Positions 49,579 to 60,304 of a DNA stretch of 64,000 nt are shown here, one piece after another. Within the stretch, counting starts at the first letter, position 1. Each line of letters starts with the position of its first letter. The stretch is from NCBI GenBank assembly GCA_038523235.1, contig JBCBJQ010000006.1:1-64000 (forward strand), read 5' to 3'. A program made the translations under genes and the position numbers. The notes beneath the pieces were generated by a model, which was not told where the DNA came from, made no database searches, and was given only the letters and a program-made list of their open reading frames with translations. This DNA is from Cyanobacteria bacterium J06626_4. Lineage in GTDB: Bacteria > Cyanobacteriota > Cyanobacteriia > Phormidesmidales > Phormidesmidaceae.

Positions 49579-50848
49579 CTTCGGGGTTCACCAGTCGCCA
49601 CAGCTTCTGTTTGACCTGGGTATCAAAGACTTCCCACTTTAAGCGGTTGTAGTCGCCATTTTCATAGAAGCCAGAGAGGAAGCCGATGGGAATCTCAAAC
49701 CCGCCTGCGGTGGTGCGACCGCCGCCAAAGAAGCGTCCTTCAGGATCTTGACCAAAGGCTTCTTTAATAAATTCGTCGGGGTCGAGGGTGATTTTACTGG
49801 TGCGTAGCGAGCCGATCACCACCTCTAACTCTTCGTCTTCATCGTGAACGATGCCGTAAACCACAGCGGTGTGCACGTTTTCTTCGGTGACTAAGAAGTC
49901 AGCCGCTTGGGGAATGGCGTCGCGATCGTCGTAGCGCAGATAGCCCACCCCCGCTATCGACACGTTGTTTTGGACTTTGCGGTTACGCAGCGATCGCTCG
50001 ATCACGTCCATCACTCGTTTCGACCGCGAGGCCCGTAAAATCGCGGCCAGCAACTGCGGGTCATAGTAGTTGCTCAGGTACGCTGCCGCACCAAAGTCGG
50101 CCTCGCCCGCATGCATCAGGTTACTGGTGTCAGAGCGGATGCCATGCATCAGCGCCGTGGCACATTTGACGTGGGTGCTGTTGCTTTTATCCAGCACAAG
50201 CAGCTGCTCACTCTGCAAATACTGGGTCATGATCGTGGCCGTCGCGCGAATCTGGGGGCGCAGGTCCACCAGATTGGCTTCGATTTCTTTTTGCGGCGCG
50301 TGGTGATCGACCACCAAAAACAGCGGGAGCTGAGAGGCTTCTACCGTACGAATCAGCTGGCAGGTCGTACCCTGAGTATCAAGCAGGACATAGGCCTGAT
50401 ATTTGTTGAGGTCTGGCCCGGTTTTGGTTTGCGGATTCCAGCGTCGTACCGGCAGTCCTGACAGGCGCACCAGAGTGATATTTTCCTGATGGCTGAGGGT
50501 GCCGCCGTAGTAAATGTCGCAGTCAATATTGTAGTTTTTGCAAATCAGCTGATAGGCCCAAGCCGACGACAGCGCATCCGGGTCAGGAAAGTCTTGAATC
50601 AAGACTAGGTGGCGATCGCCCGACCGCTCTAGCAGCAGCTTTTCTAACGCTGAAACGACGCTGGCATGGTCTGGCTGATACGTTCCCGCGATCGCTGATT
50701 TGCCCATCAAGGAGGGAATCGCTTTGGCGGCTCCATGTTTTGAGGTGGGCAGCGTTTCTAAAGCAGCATTGGGCGAAGCGGTAGGATCAGGCACAAGCAA
50801 TTCAATAGCGTCTATTACTAAGATAGCTCTCCCTATAACCCCTGACAC
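49556..50848 (-). CDS. DHH family phosphoesterase (NrnA-like)
   Basis: PDPDALS, LLDT, VDHH, GIRSDT, GGG; start uncertain. Confidence 0.9.
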   Translation of the reverse strand: MSGVIGRAILVIDAIELLVPDPTASPNAALETLPTSKHGAAKAIPSLMGKSAIAGTYQPDHASVVSALEKLLLERSGDRHLVLIQDFPDPDALSSAWAYQLICKNYNIDCDIYYGGTLSHQENITLVRLSGLPVRRWNPQTKTGPDLNKYQAYVLLDTQGTTCQLIRTVEASQLPLFLVVDHHAPQKEIEANLVDLRPQIRATATIMTQYLQSEQLLVLDKSNSTHVKCATALMHGIRSDTSNLMHAGEADFGAAAYLSNYYDPQLLAAILRASRSKRVMDVIERSLRNRKVQNNVSIAGVGYLRYDDRDAIPQAADFLVTEENVHTAVVYGIVHDEDEELEVVIGSLRTSKITLDPDEFIKEAFGQDPEGRFFGGGRTTAGGFEIPIGFLSGFYENGDYNRLKWEVFDTQVKQKLWRLVNPEDGLISTD

Positions 50849-51573
50849 CTCTGTCTAGGGGCGCAGAAACCGCCCGCTCTAGAGATAGGAGGCACGCCTC
50901 GCCGAGCACTGCCAAGTAGGCAGACACAATCTCTTGCCGACGAGTTTTCTCCTGGCGGAGACGCTTCGCGTTGGTCTTGCCTGCCCATAGAACTTACGAC
51001 TCCGCTCAACCCTCAACTTCCTACCTGGCCCGCCATCTCGCTGATTTCGACTCCGCTCCATCAGCGACTGGTTTAACATTTGATTCGGCCCGGCTTTGCC
51101 ATTTGCAGGCCGACACCGCCGGGTTTAGAGATTGAGCCTGGCCCTGCAGTTGGTGGGCGATGAGATCGCGCCAACGCTGTAACCAGGGCAGGCTTACCCA
51201 GTCAAACTCTATCGGCTGATAGATGACAATCGCTGACCAGCCGATATCCTGTTACATAGATGGGCAGCTCCAACAACAGAATACGGCTAACCGATCAACT
51301 TTTTGTCGTTGAATGCTGTTTCTTGTGTTATGTTGTGCAACTGGAAGCGAAATAAGCAGCATTTCAATAGTTTCAGAAGCTGTTTAGAGAATTTTTGCCA
51401 TCGTCGCGAACGGGCATGACCCAAGGTTTTAAGCACAGCTATGCAGGTGCTGATGACCTGTTTGAGCCTTGAGTGGCGAAAAAATTCTCTCTGGTCACTT
51501 CGTTTGATCACCGCTTCGCTGTTTTTGTAATTTCTAAAGGTTTTTTAAAAACTTGAATATGAGCGAAACGACT

Positions 51574-51792
51574 ATGAGCCAACAGGTTGCTCACCCGATG
51601 GCGAAGTTTCAACGGCAGGTACAATCACTCGTCAAACGCAATGTCGTCAAGCCGAGCGATAGCATTTGGAAGATTGCGTTTTTGTTTGGCGATGAATGGT
51701 CTCACTGGCGCAAAGAGCTGGAAGATTTTGAATTTTCCACCAAAGATCCGATCAGCGATCTGCTCGCAGTCGACTGTTGGGAAGAAGATTAG
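51574..51792 (+). CDS. DUF4327 family protein
   Basis: HPMAKFQRQVQSLV...DSIWKIAFLFGDEW...DPISDLL; cyanobacterial family recognised from recall. Confidence 0.85.
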   Translation: MSQQVAHPMAKFQRQVQSLVKRNVVKPSDSIWKIAFLFGDEWSHWRKELEDFEFSTKDPISDLLAVDCWEED

Positions 51793-51965
51793 ATCCAGCG
51801 CCGGGCTTCTCCTTGGTGGATACCCAGAGAAGCCCCTAATTTACTGGGAGACGCATCGAGATGGCGCTCCCGATGCTGAGCCGGACTCGACGACCATAAA
51901 GAGGGTAGAGGGCGTCAAATTTGGAACCGGCTACCGGCTCCTAGCGAGATCGCCGAAGCCTGCGG

Positions 51966-52835
51966 TCAAGCAAACACGACGGTACGGTTGCCATAGACCA
52001 AGACTCGGTTTTGCAAATGCAGCCGTACGCCACGTGACAGCACAATTCTTTCTAAATCTTTGCCTTTGCGAATGAGGTCTTTGACATCATCGCGGTGAGT
52101 GATTCGCACCACATCCTGCTCGATGATCGGGCCCGCATCGAGCGCTTCGGTGACATAGTGAGCCGTCGCGCCAATAATTTTGACGCCCCGCTCATGGGCA
52201 CGGTGATAGGGTTGCGCCCCCATAAATGCGGGCAAAAATGAGTGGTGAATATTGACGACATTGGCAAATTGCCGCAAAAAGTCGCCACTTAAAATCTGCA
52301 TGTATTTAGCCAGTACGACTAAATCAATGTCGTATTGCTTGAGGAGGGCAAGCTGTTGCGCTTCTTGCTCAGCTCGAGTGGCCTTGCTAATCGGCACGTG
52401 GTGAAAGGCGATGTTGAACTGGTCGGCGATGGGCTTTAGGGTCTCGTGATTGCTGATAATCAGCGGAATTTCGGCGGCAAACTCCTGAGCCTGATGCCGC
52501 CACAGCAAATCTAGCAGGCAGTGATTTTGGCGACTGACCCAGATGGCCAAGCGCGGCATCGCGTCAGAAAAACAGAGCCGCCAGTCAGCCTGCAGGGGCT
52601 GCGCGATCGCGTTAAATGCGGGGCCAATTAAGTCGCGGGGCAGATTAAACCCGGCCAGACTCCATTCAATGCGCGACAAAAATAGGCCGCTGGCCCCATC
52701 ACGATGCTGATCGGCATGGATGATGTTGCCGCCATTAGAGTAGATAAAGTTGGCAATTTTAGCCACCAATCCCTGCTGGTCAGGGCAAGAAATCAGCAGC
52801 GTAGCAGAAGGATAAAGCGTCGGTGGCGTCGTCAT
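51966..52835 (-). CDS. purU: Formyltetrahydrofolate deformylase
   Basis: ACT domain SCPDQQGLVA; VLAKYMQILS; NIHHSFLPAF; DAGPIIEQ. Confidence 0.97.
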   Translation of the reverse strand: MTTPPTLYPSATLLISCPDQQGLVAKIANFIYSNGGNIIHADQHRDGASGLFLSRIEWSLAGFNLPRDLIGPAFNAIAQPLQADWRLCFSDAMPRLAIWVSRQNHCLLDLLWRHQAQEFAAEIPLIISNHETLKPIADQFNIAFHHVPISKATRAEQEAQQLALLKQYDIDLVVLAKYMQILSGDFLRQFANVVNIHHSFLPAFMGAQPYHRAHERGVKIIGATAHYVTEALDAGPIIEQDVVRITHRDDVKDLIRKGKDLERIVLSRGVRLHLQNRVLVYGNRTVVFA

Positions 52836-52926
52836 AGCAATTGGACCAGTTGGGCCGGTTGAGTCCCTGAATAGCCATTAACCAGAGTACCTGCAAGCAG
52901 CTTTTTGAGATCCTTTGCCGCTGGGT

Positions 52927-53694
52927 TTAGGAGTCGTCCGGCTCGTCAGGAGGAGAGACATCGTCAGACTCAATGGCATCATCCGGTTCCTCACTGGCCT
53001 CACCATCATCAGCGGGGGCGGCTTCGCTGTCAGCCGCCGCTTCGTTATCTGGGGCAGCATCGTCAGGATTAGTCGCATCTGCAGGGTCGGTATCATCCTC
53101 GGCGGCGGGCGCTTCGTCGATCACGGCCTGCCACTCTTCTAAAGGGCGATCGACGCCGTTACGAATATTTTCTGTAACGATGGCGGCGTCGAGGTCGCCG
53201 GTGGTTTCAGACAGCGGCAGAGTTTCAGGGTCGATCAGCGCGTAATAGTTGCGACCACTAAAATCAGCCGCGCCTAGCACCAACTGGTGAGTCGTTGCGT
53301 CCGCCAGGGTGAGATCCACCGTGGCAAAGGGGGCATCAAGGCCAAACTCGGCCGGGTCACTGACTTCAATTGTCGTGGTCTGAACTAAACCATCGGTTGT
53401 TAAACGACTGAGCAAAAAGGCGATCGCGGCTTCCTCGGCAGGCTGTTGCTGAGGTTGCGTCATCTGCCAAAAGCCGCCTTCACCCCGCTCAAAAACCACG
53501 GTTTGATCCTGGGTTTCGATGCTTAACCCCACCACGTCGGCTTCTTTAAACTCAAACACTGGGGTCGCGGCGGCATTAGACTGCCCGGTAGTTGACCGAG
53601 TGGGGTTGCCCTGGCGGGCTTGCGTAAACAGCACTACGCCCCCCATCACCAGGGCAGTCGCCACCAAAATCATCGTGCTGCGCTGTAGTTTCAT
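52927..53694 (-). CDS. DUF4340 domain protein with acidic tail
   Basis: N-terminal TM; WQMTQP; EFGLDAP; typical position after a GldG-like gene. Confidence 0.85.
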   Translation of the reverse strand: MKLQRSTMILVATALVMGGVVLFTQARQGNPTRSTTGQSNAAATPVFEFKEADVVGLSIETQDQTVVFERGEGGFWQMTQPQQQPAEEAAIAFLLSRLTTDGLVQTTTIEVSDPAEFGLDAPFATVDLTLADATTHQLVLGAADFSGRNYYALIDPETLPLSETTGDLDAAIVTENIRNGVDRPLEEWQAVIDEAPAAEDDTDPADATNPDDAAPDNEAAADSEAAPADDGEASEEPDDAIESDDVSPPDEPDDS

Positions 53695-53698
53695 CGGT

Positions 53699-55669
53699 TT
53701 ACCGTCGCCGCCAGGCCATCAAAATTGCCAATGCTAGCCCCGTCGCCGGCAGCACCAACAGCGAAAAAATGCTCAGCCCCCAAGCCTGCTGCCCCGTCAT
53801 TGACAGGCGGCGATCAGTGACGGTTTTAGGCCGAATCGAAAGGGTGGCATCGCTCTCTTGCCCTAACCAGTTCACCGCATTGAGAAACACGTCGCCGTTG
53901 AGCTGTTGGTCAAAGGAACCATCGATCGCGAAGCTGGTGTTGCCAATCACCACTAGGCGAGATTCATCGGCTAGTGACTCAGTCGCCGTCGGGTCTGTCG
54001 AGTCTTCTTCTGCCAACGGGGCTGCACCATCGGGAGCGTCCGGAGAGGCCGGGTCATCGGGGACAGCTGCCGTCGTCGCGTCTGAATCGGTATCTTCTGC
54101 CGCTGCTCCTTCAGTGGCCAGAGATTCTGTCTCGGGCTCAGGCTCGGCGTCACCGGCTTCATCCGTGACGCTTTCATCGGTCACGGCGCTATCGGCTTCT
54201 GGGTCAGCAGTCGGGGCGGCCTCAGGCTCAGCGGCCTCAACTGCGGCAGCAGCATCAACGGCGGATTCCGTTTCACTTGCCTCGGCCCCCGGTGCCGCTG
54301 CGTCCACGTCGCCCTCATTAGCCTCAGCGTCCTCGCCCTCATCAGCCTCGGCCGTCACTGGTGCAGGCGTCATGGCAGTGGGATCGGCAGGACGACTGAG
54401 AGCCACACCCAACACATACGGCCCATCAGCCGGGGCATTGGGGTCAAAATTGAGATCGCCCGTATCCGAAATTGCTTCGGCGCGGCTTTGTGGATCGGTT
54501 AGCAAGAGCGGCGTGGTAGTGGTATCAGGCAGCTCTCGGCTTTCGATCGGGCGCGCTAGCGGAAAAAAGGAACGACCATCACCAAAGTCTTGGGTAATGG
54601 GGTGATCGCCATAGTTGCTCACGATGGGAGCTGCTGGGCCAAGCCCGACAAACTGACCGGCCCCCGAGGTGTCGAGCACCAGTCGATCGTCTAAAACAAC
54701 GCCCCAATCATCGAGCAGGACATTGAGCCCCCCGTCCGATCGCGGATCAAGCATCAACAGCAGCCCGCCCCCGGCTGAGAGATAGGCTTCCAGCGCCGCC
54801 ACTTCGGCAGCGAAAAAATCTTGAGCTGGGCCCGCCACGACGACGACATCGGCATCGGCGGGCACCGTGCGCGCAGCGGCCAAATTCAGGGTCTGCACCT
54901 GGTAATCTTGGCCGGTCAGGGCCGCTACTGCTTGCCCCAGTTGCGCCTCTGGCCCTTCAATCAGCGGTTCGTCATGGCCTTGCACAAAATACACCGCCAG
55001 GGTGCGATCGCTGACAATTTGGTCGAGGGCATTGGTGAGCTGCCGTTCTGACAGGGTGGCGGCAGCGCCCGGGTTGGCCGCATTGGCCGTGCTGCCAATG
55101 GTTTGCAAAAAGCGGCGCTCTTCACCCACCACCACAAACACCATGCCTGCTTGGGTTGCCCCAAACGCTTGCGATCGAGTGGGATTTGCCACCGGATCAA
55201 CATATTCAAAGGTGAAGTTGTTGCTGGCCTGACGATAGCTTTCCAGGAGCTGGACGTCCTGAGGATTTTGCACCGCGTCAAAGACCACAACCTGCACCGG
55301 CGCTTCCAGCGCTTGCACAACTGTCTTCGAGGCGGGAGCCAGCGTAAACAGCTGGGTTTCGGTGAGGTCAAACCGGGCGGCATTTTGTACGGCGACAAAG
55401 TTCACCAACCCGAGAATCACTAGGACTGCGAGGGTGGCGATCGCGGCATTGGTCCCAGCCTGAGTCGAACGCTGCTGCCAAAACGCCCCGGCTGATTTGC
55501 CGCTAAAGCTCAACCCCAGCAGCAACAGGGCCACTCCCGCCACGAGCAAAATCGTCGGCAACAGCTGCCAGCCCGAGAGGTTACCCGCGACGAATCCCGC
55601 CGTGGCGCTGGCGAGCCCTGGCCAGGTGAGAAACTTGAGCCACTTTTCTGAAACTGCAATTCGTTTCAT
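53699..55669 (-). CDS. GldG-family ABC transporter auxiliary component
   Basis: RFDLTETQLFTLA, YFVQGHDE, VVAGP, RLVVIG, NAVNWL, C-terminal TM plus RRR. Confidence 0.9.
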   Translation of the reverse strand: MKRIAVSEKWLKFLTWPGLASATAGFVAGNLSGWQLLPTILLVAGVALLLLGLSFSGKSAGAFWQQRSTQAGTNAAIATLAVLVILGLVNFVAVQNAARFDLTETQLFTLAPASKTVVQALEAPVQVVVFDAVQNPQDVQLLESYRQASNNFTFEYVDPVANPTRSQAFGATQAGMVFVVVGEERRFLQTIGSTANAANPGAAATLSERQLTNALDQIVSDRTLAVYFVQGHDEPLIEGPEAQLGQAVAALTGQDYQVQTLNLAAARTVPADADVVVVAGPAQDFFAAEVAALEAYLSAGGGLLLMLDPRSDGGLNVLLDDWGVVLDDRLVLDTSGAGQFVGLGPAAPIVSNYGDHPITQDFGDGRSFFPLARPIESRELPDTTTTPLLLTDPQSRAEAISDTGDLNFDPNAPADGPYVLGVALSRPADPTAMTPAPVTAEADEGEDAEANEGDVDAAAPGAEASETESAVDAAAAVEAAEPEAAPTADPEADSAVTDESVTDEAGDAEPEPETESLATEGAAAEDTDSDATTAAVPDDPASPDAPDGAAPLAEEDSTDPTATESLADESRLVVIGNTSFAIDGSFDQQLNGDVFLNAVNWLGQESDATLSIRPKTVTDRRLSMTGQQAWGLSIFSLLVLPATGLALAILMAWRRR

Positions 55670-55721
55670 AAATGTAATGACGTCGTGATGACCAACGGTA
55701 TAAAAGGAGGCTGAGCCAGCC

Positions 55722-56537
55722 TTAATTGCGCTGAAACCGCAAGGCTTCGATGGACTGAGCCGTCAAAAAAAGTCCTAACAGAATATAGGACAAAAACAGC
55801 ACGACACTGCTGGTGTCGAGAATGCCCTGGGTGAAATCGTTGAAATGCTGCAGCATCGATAAATGGTTGAGCGCTGTCCCTAAACCACCGGGAATCGCGC
55901 GAGCCACAGCATCCACAATCCACAAAAAGATCACTAGCGCAAAGGTCAAAATCGCCGCGATGACTGTGCTGCTCGTGAGGGAAGAGACAAACATGCCCAA
56001 TGACAGGATGCTAGTGGCCAGTAAGATCAGCCCCAGGTTGCCGACAACTAGCAGGGTTGGAGCTACGGCAGGCTCGGCGGTGCCCAGGGCGATCGCCACG
56101 CAAAGCATGAGCGGCAGCACCATGCCGATGTAAAACGTCACCACCGCCAGCAACTTGCCCAGCGCCACGACCCAGTTCATCACCGGTGACGTCGCCAAGA
56201 GTTCTAAAGTTCCTTGCTTGCGCTCTTCGGCATAGAGCCCCATTGAGAGAATCGGCAGCACAAACATCGACAGCGAACCTAAGACACCTAAATACCCGCG
56301 CAGAAACTCATAGGCGATATCGATCGGAGCCAGGGCAACCCCCATCTGCAGGGCCTGGTCGCGCTGGGCCACCTGGGCTAACAGCCCCTCTGGACTAAAC
56401 AGCACCAGCACCAAAAAGAAGCCCCCCAGCAGCCAAAAAATGGCGGCAATCACATAGGCCAGCGGCGCCGCAAAGTAGCTCTGCAGCTCCCGCCGATAGA
56501 CCGCGAACAAACTGCTGATAACCTGTTTTACTGCCAT
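55722..56537 (-). CDS. ABC-2 type permease (GldF-like)
   Basis: RELQSYF, AEERKQGTLELLATSP, GKLLA. Confidence 0.92.
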   Translation of the reverse strand: MAVKQVISSLFAVYRRELQSYFAAPLAYVIAAIFWLLGGFFLVLVLFSPEGLLAQVAQRDQALQMGVALAPIDIAYEFLRGYLGVLGSLSMFVLPILSMGLYAEERKQGTLELLATSPVMNWVVALGKLLAVVTFYIGMVLPLMLCVAIALGTAEPAVAPTLLVVGNLGLILLATSILSLGMFVSSLTSSTVIAAILTFALVIFLWIVDAVARAIPGGLGTALNHLSMLQHFNDFTQGILDTSSVVLFLSYILLGLFLTAQSIEALRFQRN

Positions 56538-56564
56538 AACACTCCTGGGAATGACTGCTGAGGA

Positions 56565-57629
56565 TTACGGGGTCTCGGTGGAAATTGAGGCATCCGTCTG
56601 AGGGGTCGACGGCGCCGCCTCAGCGGGCATACCCGCCGCGCTAGCCTTCACCCCGGCGGATGGGGTAGACGGCGCGACCGATGGTTCGACCGCTTCTTCG
56701 GTCGTCAGGTTGAGAAACACATCTTCTAAGCTGGCCTGATGACGGCGCAGCTCGCATAGGCCAAAGCCAGCTCGCACTAGCGTTGCCGCGATCGCCTCAC
56801 CCGGGTCACGCGCCGCGGCCTTGAGCGTAAACCGATAGCGCGAATCCATCTGCGTTGACGAGGTGGAGAGGGCCACAGCGGCCACCCCCGGCACCGCTGC
56901 CAACGTCTGCTGTACGGCGGCAGGGGCCCCGCGCACCTCGAGGTCGTAGCTCACGGCTCCCGTCAGCTGCTCCATCAGTGCCCCCAGCTTGCCAGCGGCG
57001 ACGAGCTGGCCGCGATTAATGATGGCGACCCGATTGCAGGTGGCATCAACCTCCGGCAGGATGTGGGTTGACAGAATGATGGTGTGATCACCCGCTAAAC
57101 TGCGAATGAGCTCTCGCACCTCGCGATTTTGACGCGGATCAAGACCGGAGGTCGGTTCGTCTAGCACGATGACTGGCGGATCGTGGACGATCGCCTGGGC
57201 GATACCCACCCGCTGCCGATAGCCCTTCGAGAGCTTGCGGATTAACACGGACTGCTTTTCTTCTAAGCCACAGCGGCGAATCGCGTGGCTCACCCGTCCA
57301 GGGCGATCGCCCGCCGCGACCCCTTTGATGCGCGCCACAAAGTGCAGAAAGGCGGTGACCGTCATATCGGGATACAGCGGCGGGCGTTCGGGCAGGTAGC
57401 CGATCCGCTGGCGCACCGCTAGCGAATCAGTGTGCACATCAAACTCGGCCACGCGGGCTGTGCCGCTGGTAGCCGGCAGATAACCGGTCAAAATGCGCAT
57501 GGTGGTCGTTTTGCCGGCGCCATTGGGCCCCAAAAAGCCCAAAATTTCACCGGGCTCCACGCGAAAGGAGACGGCCTGCAGGGCCACCGTAGAACCGTAA
57601 ACTTTATGGAGGTCGTCAACTTCAATCAT
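56565..57629 (-). CDS. ABC transporter ATP-binding protein (GldA-like)
   Basis: GPNGAGKTT, LSKGYRQR, LDEPTSGLDP, STHIL. Confidence 0.95.
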   Translation of the reverse strand: MIEVDDLHKVYGSTVALQAVSFRVEPGEILGFLGPNGAGKTTTMRILTGYLPATSGTARVAEFDVHTDSLAVRQRIGYLPERPPLYPDMTVTAFLHFVARIKGVAAGDRPGRVSHAIRRCGLEEKQSVLIRKLSKGYRQRVGIAQAIVHDPPVIVLDEPTSGLDPRQNREVRELIRSLAGDHTIILSTHILPEVDATCNRVAIINRGQLVAAGKLGALMEQLTGAVSYDLEVRGAPAAVQQTLAAVPGVAAVALSTSSTQMDSRYRFTLKAAARDPGEAIAATLVRAGFGLCELRRHQASLEDVFLNLTTEEAVEPSVAPSTPSAGVKASAAGMPAEAAPSTPQTDASISTETP

Positions 57630-57869
57630 GGGCCAAGGACAGTCCTAACTGGGCTGGCGCGTTTTACAGTATACGTATAGCGATGTGTGCGATCGAAGGG
57701 TTCTACATTAGCAGCTCTCGTTAAAATTGGGCCGATTGCTCAAGGCGATGCCGTTAATTCCAGTGACGTCTGACCCGAGGGCGATCGCAACCCTGGCAGA
57801 CGCTGACGTACAGTAAGCTCAAATCCTTCCCTTGCCCGCTGACCGCAACCTTGTCTTTTTCCCAAACTC

Positions 57870-58340
57870 ATGACCGAAACGCCTGATTCGCCTATTACCG
57901 CTGATTCGTCCTTGGATGAGGAACTGCCGATTGGGCCGGGGGCATCTTTCACCTTCCTCTATTACTTCTCCACGGCGGCTTTCATCACCGCTTTGTTCAC
58001 GGCAAGAACCCTAGGCGTTGGCATCATGACGCCTTTGCCAGTGGAATTTGCGGTGGCAGGCGGTGCCATCGGCAGTGCCTTAGGCGTCATTTTTAACCGC
58101 TCCAGTACGCTGACCATACCGGTGACGAGTCCCAAAAAGTTTCGCCAAGAGGTGACTCGGGTGCTGGGTGAAATGGGGTACTCACTGCAGGCGACTGAGG
58201 GTAGCGTCTCACGCTATCAAAAAGCCAACGCCAGTCGTTTTTTTGCCGGGGATATCTATGTGCAGCCGCGACCAGACACGACGGTTTTTGTCAGTCGGGC
58301 CAGCAATATTCGCACCCTCAAGCGGCGACTCTCGCCTTAG
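57870..58340 (+). CDS. Hypothetical membrane protein (2 TM)
   Basis: 156-aa ATG ORF with two hydrophobic segments. Confidence 0.75.
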   Translation: MTETPDSPITADSSLDEELPIGPGASFTFLYYFSTAAFITALFTARTLGVGIMTPLPVEFAVAGGAIGSALGVIFNRSSTLTIPVTSPKKFRQEVTRVLGEMGYSLQATEGSVSRYQKANASRFFAGDIYVQPRPDTTVFVSRASNIRTLKRRLSP

Positions 58341-58750
58341 TCTCAGCAGATTTCTGGAGTCGACCACTCAGGAGGAGCTGGTGCATGATGCGCAGCCGTA
58401 CGCCCCGGCAGCAAGAGTGCTGGCCTGAGCACCGCCCTGATCAACGAATCCTGGAAATTAGTAGAGTCCACAGATAGCCCTAGCATCCTCGAATTCTGCA
58501 AGCAGCTGCATCTGGTTTTTCCAGGACTTTAGAGGTGAGGAACCCAAACCGGACACAACTGCGGAGATCCTGAGGAGGAAGCAGGCAGGATTGTTTTATG
58601 GTGACAAGAGAGAAAACAGGTGACCGTCCCCTGCCGATCGGTCGGGACGCCGGACTGAAATGCTGAGCCGGTTGTGAAATCAGCATCTGACCTTTCTGGC
58701 TCACAAATGCCGCCACTGTTAAGGATGAGAGAACGAGAGCGATCGCGCCC

Positions 58751-58996
58751 ATGGCCAAAAAACAAAAGTTTCCCCACTTAATCGGGTCAAAATGGACAGC
58801 GCAGCAAAAAACCTTTGGCTGGCGGCACTTTCACGTCGTCAATCGCAAAAATCAAGACGGCTTAGTCTTTGCTGAAATGGTAGCTGCCTGCGACCCCGAA
58901 GTCCGCTTTTGGGTCAATGCTAAGGGCCTCAAAAATCCGACCGTCTGGACGGCCGGGTGGAAATCTCGCCAAGAACAAGCAAGCCCCATTATGTAA
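58751..58996 (+). CDS. TIGR02450 family Trp-rich protein
   Basis: GSKWTA...GWRHF...W...W..GW. Confidence 0.9.
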   Translation: MAKKQKFPHLIGSKWTAQQKTFGWRHFHVVNRKNQDGLVFAEMVAACDPEVRFWVNAKGLKNPTVWTAGWKSRQEQASPIM

Positions 58997-59045
58997 AAAA
59001 TTGTTAAGCTACAGAAGCAGCAAGTTGAGACGATTTTCTTAAGTT

Positions 59046-59375
59046 ATGTTCTCTCCCGACTCTTCGCACCCGCCCGAGCAGCCCTTAGTGCAGACTGTGC
59101 TTGAGCCTCTGCTCGAAGACTTTGAGTACTGGTTTGGTGAAACCCTAGTGCTCCTAGCTTCTGTGCCCGCCCAGTGCCTTGAGCCCGATGAGCGAGCAGC
59201 ACTCACGACGCAACTGATGACAGCGCAACAAGAGGTGGCGACGGCCAAAACCCTCTTGCTAGCTACAGACGGCCAAGCGGGCGTCGATATCGCGATCGTC
59301 GGTCAGTGGCACCGATTGGTCAGCCGCTGTTGGCAAACCTCCCGATACGTTCGCCAGCATCGTCAAGCCGATTAA
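59046..59375 (+). CDS. DUF2605 family protein
   Basis: VLEPLLEDFEYWF...ATDGQAGV...WHRLV..CW. Confidence 0.85.
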   Translation: MFSPDSSHPPEQPLVQTVLEPLLEDFEYWFGETLVLLASVPAQCLEPDERAALTTQLMTAQQEVATAKTLLLATDGQAGVDIAIVGQWHRLVSRCWQTSRYVRQHRQAD

Positions 59376-59610
59376 GGTCCGAACCGAGCAGTCTCTGGTT
59401 TCAATTCTTGCCTTCAACCTTGGATTCATCTCTCCGTGCTCAGACAGTGGCAAAGTTGTCTCAAAATCAACGTTTTTGCAGATGACCTAAAATTGAGCGG
59501 CGGCTTTCGATAAACTGAAGCTAGAGATGCGTTGCGATCAATCTGCTCTATTCGTTTGGTCATCCAACCTTTCCATTGCAAAGCCCTTAGGGAGCAACCT
59601 TTACAAAACT

Positions 59611-59910
59611 ATGCTGCACGCTCTTTATCTCATTGCCTTCACAGTTTTGTCGGCATTGGCAATCAGTAATCTGATTCGCAATATCATGATGTTCGGCACT
59701 GATGCCCGCCGCGACCCGCGTCAATCCTCCAACAAATCATCGAATCGTTCGACACCTCACCCCGAAATGCTGAATGACAAAGGGCAGGTTTTGGATGAAC
59801 CGCTATTAGTGATGAAGTCCATCTCGCTCGAAGATGCCCGCGAGCAGCTGGATGCCCTTTACGATGGGTCTTCGAATGGGGCTGACAGTGCGGCTGACGA
59901 AGAGGCCTAG
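59611..59910 (+). CDS. DUF2973 family protein
   Basis: MLHALYLIAFTVL...NLIR...HPEML...EPLLVMKS; ATG 59611 preferred. Confidence 0.85.
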   Translation: MLHALYLIAFTVLSALAISNLIRNIMMFGTDARRDPRQSSNKSSNRSTPHPEMLNDKGQVLDEPLLVMKSISLEDAREQLDALYDGSSNGADSAADEEA

Positions 59911-60155
59911 CAACGAGCACGAACGCTGGAGGCGATCGCGAGATTAGGCAGTCGCTCAAGAGCAGTTGCCGGGTCTCAGGCGAGCCCTTGGGCAATACTC
60001 TTTCCCCGAAAATTGAAATGGCTACATGAGTCAGCTTAATTTGCCTTGATGGCTAAATGAGCTGACTTTTGTTGATCTGAGCAGAACTCCTCAGTCCTCC
60101 CGCTGAGAGTGGTTCAACCCACCCCATTCGCCCCTCCCCAGAGGGAAAAGAAACG

Positions 60156-60198
60156 GGAGTGTCTGACCGAACTGGCGTTCAGTTCGGTCAGACACTCC
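60156..60198. terminator. 19-bp perfect hairpin between convergent genes
   Basis: ggagtgtctgaccgaactg-gcgtt-cagttcggtcagacactcc. Confidence 0.7.
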
Positions 60199-60304
60199 AG
60201 AGTGCTGAAATCGTGATGCGACGAGCCTCCCAATTTCGCATTCCGATCGCGGCATTCCGTCGGGTCTTGCCCGGCGCGACGGATATTCTGCTTCACTCCT
60301 CAAT

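Noticed and set aside
53769..54605. 278-aa plus-strand Ser/Ala-rich ORF
   Set aside because: Antisense shadow of the acidic low-complexity GldG insertion
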